A stretch of DNA of 32,000 nucleotides from Candidatus Saccharimonadota bacterium (lineage in GTDB: Archaea > Micrarchaeota > Micrarchaeia > Micrarchaeales > Micrarchaeaceae): assembly GCA_963705375.1 (NCBI GenBank), contig OY970071.1, positions 240,001-272,000 of the forward strand. Reading direction: 5' to 3'. Under the pieces are notes generated by a model. The model did not search any database. It saw only the letters and a list, made by a program, of their open reading frames with translations, and was not told the origin of the DNA. How positions within the stretch are numbered: position 1 is the stretch's first letter; each line of letters opens with the position of its first letter. Below, piece after piece: positions 26,042-32,000 of this stretch. The position numbers and the translations under genes were made by a program.

Positions 26042-26722
26042 ATGCAAGATCCTAAGATCCAGTCGCCAGAAGTGCCAGGCGCTCTTGATACAGGCAGTAA
26101 TGAAACAGGCGAAACAGTTGTCAGCGAATCAATACTGCTTCAAAAAGAAGCAGTAGAAAAAGGGAGTGCCAATGAGACTACTGGGTCTGTTGTGGTAATG
26201 CCTTCTTTGCTGGAACAAGCAAGGAATAAAGTTGTACAAGAAGGGCTTAAAACAGCAGTAAAAACAACGCAAGAAATTGTTGACATGTTAAGGGCTCATA
26301 TTGGTAAGCATGTTGAAGTCAAAACGCATGAAATATGCAATGAGGGAATAGACTATGGTCATCCAATTGAGAGAGACATAACATATAAGGGCACACTGAA
26401 AGATGTGGATCCCTTACTAAAAAACATAACTATGGAGAATTATACTTTAGAGGATAGTGTGTATGAGGGTTTGGTAATGGATCCGAAAAAGAAACCGGCA
26501 AGCATTGAAGGATATCTTGACCACACTCAGAAAGGACAGATCGCCTTCGAAGCAGGATATCAAAGGATACGTTCTATATCCTCTGAAGATAAAGAAATAT
26601 ACCAAGAGAAAGACATGCCGCGATCCGAAAAAGAAGATGAATGGGACGCAAGATCCGCAGCTGCAATGGCAGAGCTAGAAAAAGAATTTGAACATTGGAA
26701 GGAGACTGCTGCTGAAAAATAA
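26042..26722 (+). CDS. Hypothetical protein
   Basis: 226-aa ORF with TATA cctttaaatattcc about 30 nt upstream. AT-rich compared with the housekeeping genes. Confidence 0.5.
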   Translation: MQDPKIQSPEVPGALDTGSNETGETVVSESILLQKEAVEKGSANETTGSVVVMPSLLEQARNKVVQEGLKTAVKTTQEIVDMLRAHIGKHVEVKTHEICNEGIDYGHPIERDITYKGTLKDVDPLLKNITMENYTLEDSVYEGLVMDPKKKPASIEGYLDHTQKGQIAFEAGYQRIRSISSEDKEIYQEKDMPRSEKEDEWDARSAAAMAELEKEFEHWKETAAEK

Positions 26723-26778
26723 CTCTTATGTACGAAGCTACGTCCACGCTTTCAGGATGAGTACAAAATTGCAATCTT

Positions 26779-26827
26779 GCTAAAACAAACTACCAAAATA
26801 AAGGCATACATATCTCCTAAAATAGCA
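26779..26827 (+). promoter_or_regulatory. Fourth copy of the upstream/TATA module (U4) with no convincing downstream CDS
   Basis: gctaaaacaaactaccaaaataaaggcatacatatctcctaaaatagca shares aaacaaact with U2/U3 and the 14-mer atatctcctaaaat with U1. The downstream ATG CCG TCC (compare ATG CCA TCA at 8485) stops after 7 codons. Confidence 0.45.
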
Positions 26828-27307
26828 TTGTGGCGTGCAAATTGAAATATGACAAACGGCATTTAATGCCGTCCAGGCTTTCGGAATAGAAAGAGATGCT
26901 GTGATTCAAGAGCTTCTGGATAAAGAGATCATGTCCAAAGTCGGCGCCGAAAAAGCAGTTGCAAATCGCAATATACCAATTTGGAAGCAAGATCAGATAG
27001 CGGAGAGTTTGAGATAGCATATTTGAAAGAAAGGTGTTTTACCTATCAGAGGATGCACCAACCCTTGGGGGGTTGCACCTTTCGAGGAATTCCATATGTT
27101 GCTTATTTCGCAATATGCCCTACGGCTTGCCGTGGGGTTATTTACAATGCCACAAAAAAGCAAACATCCAAATGATGCAGAAAGAACTGCTGCGGAGGCT
27201 AAGCGTCTAGGCGCTGTGGGAAGAGTGCTCCTCGATAATAACATGACAATAGATGTCTCAACCACTTAAATGAAGGGCGGGCTAGCAATCCTGTATTCGC
27301 TGCTTCT

Positions 27308-27562
27308 ATGGTTGAAAGAGCGAAGGGACTTCCCGAGTCTGACAAAGAAGTGCGCAATGACTTTAATTCCGTATTTGCAGACATACCAGAAGCGGCTTCT
27401 GTGTTGATTGTCGAAGTGGAGCAGCCCATCGGACATAAAAAACCAAAAGAAACGCCCAAGCGCCGCGATGAGGAACCAGCTATCAATCATGATTTTGTCT
27501 ATGCTCTAGGTATCAAGGCATTGGTGCCCCCTCTATCAGAACAAGAAGGAAGAAGTGCTTGA
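27308..27562 (+). CDS. Hypothetical small protein (weak call)
   Basis: 84-aa ORF in an otherwise ORF-poor AT-rich stretch. No motif or clear promoter. Confidence 0.25.
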   Translation: MVERAKGLPESDKEVRNDFNSVFADIPEAASVLIVEVEQPIGHKKPKETPKRRDEEPAINHDFVYALGIKALVPPLSEQEGRSA

Positions 27563-27685
27563 GAGCTTCAAGAGAATGCACAAGCTAGCAGCAATACGTA
27601 GCGAACATGGCACGCGTGTGAGTGCGTTCGGTGATAACAGAAAGCGCTTGGTCCGAATCCAAAGTCAGGGCACCTGAGACGTAGA

Positions 27686-28228
27686 TCATAAGAGCCTTGC
27701 TCCGCAGTTATCGCAGAATTTGGTCCCTGGGCCGTGCTTATGGCCGCACTTCGGGCACAGAGCGTATGCGTTCATGTCCGCATTGTCTGTCTGACCGTGC
27801 TGTTCGCCCTTTGAAATATGCTCTTCCACCATCGCTATTTTCTTGTTCAGATAGTCTGCAAGCCCCTTCGCGTCCCTGTGGTGCAAGCCGTCTATCTGGC
27901 CTTCCTCCTTGCCCATCGACAACAGGCCTTTGCTCCGGTCATAGCCTTGCACGCGTATAAACACTGCAGAAGAGAATATTCCGCTCTCAAACCTCACGCT
28001 TGTTATCTGCCTGTACTGGATCACTTCGTAGTCCTTTCTCAGCCCGAATGTGGCTTTGTTGACTATGAATACGCGCTTGTTGGTGCACACCACCGATGTC
28101 GGAGTTGTCAAAGACCCTCCAGGCCCTATCCTGCGCTGCCGCACAGTCTCTTCTACGACCTCATCATCCCATAGCTGCTCCTTTACAAGCAGCGCGTCAC
28201 CCGCATTTACTGTCATTATATCGCTCAT
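27686..28228 (-). CDS. Bacterial-type PH (bPH_2/YdbT-like) domain protein with a C-terminal zinc ribbon
   Basis: VVCTNKRVFIVNKATFGLRKDYEVIQYRQITSVRFESGIFSSAVFIRVQG resembles the bPH_2 core. The C-terminus is CPKCGHKHGPGTKFCDNCGARL. Confidence 0.6.
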   Translation of the reverse strand: MSDIMTVNAGDALLVKEQLWDDEVVEETVRQRRIGPGGSLTTPTSVVCTNKRVFIVNKATFGLRKDYEVIQYRQITSVRFESGIFSSAVFIRVQGYDRSKGLLSMGKEEGQIDGLHHRDAKGLADYLNKKIAMVEEHISKGEQHGQTDNADMNAYALCPKCGHKHGPGTKFCDNCGARLL

Positions 28229-28367
28229 AGTGTGCTAGTTCTGGTGCAGCAAGTTTTAAGTAAGCTACCTTGTAGCACTCTCCGGCACTCATCCACGCAT
28301 TCCAGGTTCGTGCAGTCTAAATACCTTTTCAATCAAATCCCTCTGCAATCATAGTTGCGGTGTGTGT

Positions 28368-28943
28368 ATGATACTCTCGACAAAACTGGTGCTGGCGCTG
28401 AACAAGAGATACAACCTGATAGAGAACCTCTCTGACAGGGAGCAATCGAATGCGGAAGGCGTAGGCATAGACATACGCGTTGGCGAAGTCTACAGGCTCG
28501 AGGGCGATGGCTTTCTTGGCGTGACCGATAGGAAGACGCCGACAGAGACGAAGTTCGCGGACATAAAGGCCGGCGACAAAGAGGTTATACTGGAACCACA
28601 CGATTACGTTCTTGTCAAGACCATGGAGAAGGTGAACATACCTTCAGAGAAAATACCAATAGAGGAAGGAAAAGAGCCGGCACACATAATGCTTGATGTG
28701 CATCCCAGGAGCACGCTCCAACGCAGCGGAATATATCTGATGGCTACGAAGACTGATCCGGGCTATTCCGGAGAACTGGTGTTCGCGCTCGCCAACCTCA
28801 GCAACGGCTCTTTCAGGCTTGAGCTCGGCGCAAGGATCGCGAACATAACATTCGAGCAGGTCGCCGGAGACATAGTGCGATCATATGAAGGGCAGTGGAA
28901 GGGCGGCAGGGTTTCCGCAAATAAAACTGAGAAGCAGAATTGA
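28368..28943 (+). CDS. dcd: dCTP deaminase / dUTPase-superfamily protein
   Basis: MILS... N-terminus, GIDIRVG, HPRSTLQRSGI and TDPGYSGELVFALANLS match the Dcd family. ATG 28368 is preferred over GTG 28362. Confidence 0.8.
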   Translation: MILSTKLVLALNKRYNLIENLSDREQSNAEGVGIDIRVGEVYRLEGDGFLGVTDRKTPTETKFADIKAGDKEVILEPHDYVLVKTMEKVNIPSEKIPIEEGKEPAHIMLDVHPRSTLQRSGIYLMATKTDPGYSGELVFALANLSNGSFRLELGARIANITFEQVAGDIVRSYEGQWKGGRVSANKTEKQN

Positions 28944-29040
28944 CTGTCATGCTTTGTCGTAAAATCGGCAAACGCAGTTCAGCCTAAATAAACGCTTGTT
29001 GCACACCCTTTTAGAGCATGCTTCATCTCAAAACGGCACA

Positions 29041-30771
29041 TCACGGCACATATGTCATGATGTTTCCAGAGTCCTCATCAGCCCAATAGATTCTGTTGTT
29101 GTGTATTGTGATACCTATCGGGAAGTCCTGACCCGATGCTATAGTTATGGAATTTTCGTTCCCGATCATACCGTGTGGCATCTCCATGACGGTGCCGGCC
29201 CCATAATCTAGCCAATAGATGTTGCCGTTGCTATCTGAAATTATTTTATCAGGTTGGTTGCTTCCAGAATAAACAGTTATTGCATTGTCTACGCCAATCA
29301 TTCCATGCGGCATTTCAGTCACAACCTGATTATAATCGTCGGTCCAGAACCGGTTGCCGTTGTTATCAACAGTTATGCCAAAAATGCTTGACATACCTCC
29401 AGTTGAATAAATAGTTATTGCATTGTCGTTGCCGAACATTCCATTAGGCATCTCAATAACGTTGCCTGAGCGCTGGCCAGTCCAGTACACATCACCGCTG
29501 CTGTCGACAGTTATGCCTGTGGGGTCATAAGCACCCACTGACGCGAGGGTTATTGCGTGGTCGTTGCCAACCATTCCATTCGGCATCTCCATCACATTAC
29601 CAGTATCCAGTTCTGTCCAGTAGGCGTTGCCGTTTCTGACAACTAGACCGGCAATGCCTGCCGATGCTCCGCTTTCAGTATAAAGTGTGGTGGCAGTCGT
29701 GCCCCCAACGGGCATCTCCATTATACCGTCTAATCCGATGGCAATTCCGTCTGTCCAGTACAAGTTACCATTATCGTATGCTATATTGTAGTCGGACATG
29801 CCAGTATAAATTGTATTCTGGCTTGCGGCACCTGTAGTGCCGCTAGGCAATTCCATTATGCTGGAGTTCAGATCGTTTATCCAGTATACGTTTCCGCTGC
29901 TATCTATTGTAATGGCTAGAGGAAATGTTCCCGGATTACTAGATAAGACCAACACTCCATGGAAAGGTGTGAAAGTTGCGTGTTCATTGACTGCTCGCGC
30001 AGGCATGGCGAACGTCCAGGGATTCATGCTGTTTGAGGTGGTGCCCGTCCAGCTAGAGAAGGCATAGTAGTCTGAACTTGCTACGGCATTAAGTGTTATC
30101 GTTTCACCTGAAACATAGTTGTTTGAAGAGCAACCGACAGAATTGGTTGGAGAAGCATCGACATAAGACCCGCCAGTGCCATACGAAAGCGAGAGAGCAT
30201 AGCACGTTGGAGAGCCCCCACTTATTGTTGTGGTGCTGCTACCAGTTGTGGTGCTTCCGCCACCTCCGCCGCTGCTTCCGAAGCCAAACGCTGTGACCTT
30301 CGCGTTTATCGATGCGATCTGGACAACAAGGCCCGACTGGCCGCTCTGATTGTACTGCAACCACAAGTTTCCGGAGAACGGCGTGCCGATCGCACTAGAA
30401 GACAACGAACACGGGAAGTCGACATTTTGCTGCGCACCTGCTGCGAGTGCAATATTCGCAGAGCTGAAACTGGAAGGCGCGGAAGAGCCGCTAGAGCATG
30501 CGACGCCGGTAACAGTTATCGGATGTGAAGAGCCTATCGTTGTGGACAACAGGCCATTGGAAAGCAGGACGGGATTGCTGCACAAATAGCCTACGCGCGT
30601 CGAGCATGCGCCGCTCGCGGCACTCGCGCCGCTGTTGAAAACGCCCAAGCTGAACAGGGAAGCGAGCACGACGGCGATTATTAGGATGGCCCATCCGTAC
30701 GTCATGAGGTACTCCATCGCAGACTGTGCCCTTATTCTGGAATTGGGATCATTCAGCAATTCTCTATGCAT
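29041..30771 (-). CDS. Class III signal peptide (type IV pilin-like) protein fused to an Ig-like repeat and a YWTD/NHL-type beta-propeller
   Basis: N-terminus RIRAQSAMEYLMTYGWAILIIAVVLASLFSLGVF, then a Cys-containing pilin-like domain and a G/S/T linker. An InlB-B-repeat-like segment follows (YVSGETITLNAVASSDYYAFSSWTG). It ends in about 7 repeats of ...D..GN.YW.D...G.V.EMP.GM.G.DNAIT. Confidence 0.8.
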   Translation of the reverse strand: MHRELLNDPNSRIRAQSAMEYLMTYGWAILIIAVVLASLFSLGVFNSGASAASGACSTRVGYLCSNPVLLSNGLLSTTIGSSHPITVTGVACSSGSSAPSSFSSANIALAAGAQQNVDFPCSLSSSAIGTPFSGNLWLQYNQSGQSGLVVQIASINAKVTAFGFGSSGGGGGSTTTGSSTTTISGGSPTCYALSLSYGTGGSYVDASPTNSVGCSSNNYVSGETITLNAVASSDYYAFSSWTGTTSNSMNPWTFAMPARAVNEHATFTPFHGVLVLSSNPGTFPLAITIDSSGNVYWINDLNSSIMELPSGTTGAASQNTIYTGMSDYNIAYDNGNLYWTDGIAIGLDGIMEMPVGGTTATTLYTESGASAGIAGLVVRNGNAYWTELDTGNVMEMPNGMVGNDHAITLASVGAYDPTGITVDSSGDVYWTGQRSGNVIEMPNGMFGNDNAITIYSTGGMSSIFGITVDNNGNRFWTDDYNQVVTEMPHGMIGVDNAITVYSGSNQPDKIISDSNGNIYWLDYGAGTVMEMPHGMIGNENSITIASGQDFPIGITIHNNRIYWADEDSGNIMTYVP

Positions 30772-30822
30772 TTGGGTCTTGATAAAAGTGGACAGAACAT
30801 ATTTATAGGCATATGACCTTCT

Positions 30823-30842
30823 CTGCGGGCTAAAGCCCGCAG
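30823..30842. repeat. Subterminal hairpin of the IS200-type element (ctgcgggc-taaa-gcccgcag)
   Basis: Perfect 8-bp stem with a 4-nt loop. Confidence 0.7.
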
Positions 30843-30849
30843 TATCTCA

Positions 30850-31302
30850 TCACGCCGCGAGCGTCATCTGACAGGATACGTCTTGCCTCCTGATGTAATT
30901 CTGTACCGTCTTCTCGTCGCGAGGCCCAACACTTCCGTTGCTGTATCCTGCACTCCAGAAGTGACCTTGCAGATACCGCAGCCTATGGTTAGGTATTTCC
31001 TTGAAAACCACATACGACGAATATCCCTTCAGCAGTTGTACTGCAGTTGCAATCGACATTGTATTTGGAATGCCTGTTTCGAGATGTATGTGTGCGTAAT
31101 CATCGCCAAATGACATTTCCTTTATTGAGATCTTGTACCTTTCTGCAACGTTGTAGAGGGCACCACGTATTGCCGCCACGGTTTTCGGGTTCTTGAACAT
31201 CTTGTATCGGTACTTCGTAACGAAGACAAGGTGCTGGAAGTTGTATTGATGACCGACGCTGTCGGCAGATGGTTCTTTATTTGCAGCGGTTCCACTATTC
31301 AT
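30850..31302 (-). CDS. tnpA: IS200/IS605 family Y1 (HUH) transposase TnpA
   Basis: FQHLVFVTKYRYKMF, HUH motif YAHIHLE, and a C-terminal SAGYS...YIRRQ region carrying the catalytic Tyr. ATG 31302 is preferred over the TTG at 31332. Confidence 0.85.
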   Translation of the reverse strand: MNSGTAANKEPSADSVGHQYNFQHLVFVTKYRYKMFKNPKTVAAIRGALYNVAERYKISIKEMSFGDDYAHIHLETGIPNTMSIATAVQLLKGYSSYVVFKEIPNHRLRYLQGHFWSAGYSNGSVGPRDEKTVQNYIRRQDVSCQMTLAA

Positions 31303-31403
31303 GTTATCACGTATCGGCAGTTTGCGGCGCAAATTTTTCCGTGCCGCGGCTGCCTTACGCAGAAATCTACAGGAAAAGTATTTCAGTAACTGTGCAATTC
31401 ATT

Positions 31404-31421
31404 CACGACCTAAAGGTCGTG
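31404..31421. repeat. Subterminal hairpin of the IS200-type element (cacgacc-taaa-ggtcgtg)
   Basis: Perfect 7-bp stem with a 4-nt loop. The loop and closing pairs (cCTAAAGg) match the hairpin at 30823-30842. Confidence 0.7.
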
Positions 31422-31519
31422 GTATTCTTGCCCTAAGAATAATAAGAAAATGGCACTTGTACCCTACAGGACTCTGCGACGTACTGTGGCTGCGACTACG
31501 ATGCTCCAGACTGCGTGCC

Positions 31520-32000
31520 TTAGCTTTGCCCGGCAACTTTTGTGTTCACCGTACCGACCTGTGAGATGAGGCCTGTAAACGGCCCATGGCTATATTCGAT
31601 CCACAGCGTTCCGGAGAAAGGTGCACCCAGAGAGTTCGAAGATAGGACACATCTGAACGCGACGTTTGCCACCTGTGAAGGCTGAAGGTCGAGCGTCGTC
31701 TGTGAGAAAGTGGAAGGTTCCGCAGAGCTGTTGGAGCATCCAAGGCCGGTGACCGTCATAACACCGGTGATGGTCGATTCCCCGATCGAGGTCAGCAGAA
31801 GGCCATTGCTATCCAGCACAGGCGTGCCGCAAAGGTAGCCGACCTTGCCGATGCATGCGTTTAGGCCACTACTACCTGGACTGGAGAACACGCCCAAGCT
31901 GAACAGACCGATAAGCACAAGAGCGATGGCGAGGATCGCCCAGCCATACGTCATCAAGAATTCCATCGCCGACTGAGCGCCCAGTTTTTGTTTGATAGAG
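31520..32000 (-). CDS. Class III signal peptide (type IV pilin-like) protein, 5'-truncated by the window edge
   Basis: The frame stays open to nt 32000 (...KQKLGAQSAMEFLMTYGWAILAIALVLIGLFSLGVF). The mature domain is paralogous to the N-terminal domain of 29041..30771 (VGYLC, VTG..CS, PFSG.LW, conserved Cys positions). Confidence 0.75.
   Translation of the reverse strand, partial: SIKQKLGAQSAMEFLMTYGWAILAIALVLIGLFSLGVFSSPGSSGLNACIGKVGYLCGTPVLDSNGLLLTSIGESTITGVMTVTGLGCSNSSAEPSTFSQTTLDLQPSQVANVAFRCVLSSNSLGAPFSGTLWIEYSHGPFTGLISQVGTVNTKVAGQS

Larger units (their letters stand above)
30815..31430 (-). mobile_element. IS200-type element (IS200/IS605 family, TnpA only); boundaries approximate
   Basis: A Y1 transposase gene flanked by subterminal hairpins with identical CTAAAG centres. 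No tnpB. Size fits IS200. Confidence 0.7.

Noticed and set aside
27636-27672. tRNA T-arm-like cttggTCCGAATccaaa
   Set aside because: The stem closes imperfectly. There is no complementary acceptor strand, D arm or anticodon arm upstream, so this is not a tRNA.
1-32000. Search for CRISPR arrays, rRNA genes, SRP/RNase P RNA signatures and known defence-system hallmarks (Cas, RT, Argonaute, restriction-modification motifs)
   Set aside because: No regularly spaced direct repeats, no rRNA-like sequence, no helix-8-type SRP motif, and none of the corresponding protein motifs were seen in any frame.

Overview
This looks like an archaeal chromosomal segment. The evidence is an Spt5(NusG)-uL11 pair, a TFB-like cyclin core, Trm5, ScpA/ScpB, two class III (type IV pilin-like) signal peptides, and A/T-rich TATA boxes about 25-35 nt upstream of many start codons, so transcripts are mostly leaderless. 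The 'QSAMEYLMTYGWAIL' pilin N-termini, the many orphan genes and the broken ribosomal-protein cluster suggest a small-genome DPANN (Micrarchaeota-like) or Thermoplasmata-like lineage; this is inference only.

Recognisable housekeeping genes:
- Nucleotide metabolism: NUDIX hydrolase, Maf, a CMP-kinase-like P-loop protein, a COG1078-type HD hydrolase and dCTP deaminase.
- Other: NIF3, a B12-binding radical SAM protein, tRNA-Val(CAC), PduO-type adenosyltransferase, ScpB/ScpA, HtpX/LemA, Trm5, Spt5 and uL11.

These alternate with visibly more AT-rich accessory stretches. Two insertion sequences are present. One is an intact 1257-bp DDE element with 18-bp inverted repeats, a 9-bp target duplication and a DUF2080-like small ORF. 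The other is an IS200-type element carrying only TnpA, flanked by hairpins.

The items most worth follow-up:
1. A TFB cyclin core that lacks the Zn ribbon and is fused to a Pol-beta-type nucleotidyltransferase.
2. Colinear, diverged repeat modules next to tRNA-Val that bracket orphan gene cassettes. Each ends in a copy of the tRNA 3' end, and two share a covarying hairpin.
3. A pilin-like protein fused to a roughly 7-bladed YWTD/NHL-type propeller, with a short pilin paralog nearby and the IS200 element inserted between them.
4. Several orphan proteins with unusual architectures: a left-handed beta-helix plus mTERF-like repeats, a CheD-like fold, and an internally duplicated 316-aa protein.

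No CRISPR array, rRNA or recognisable known defence system was seen. All homology statements rest on motif recognition by eye, not on database searches.
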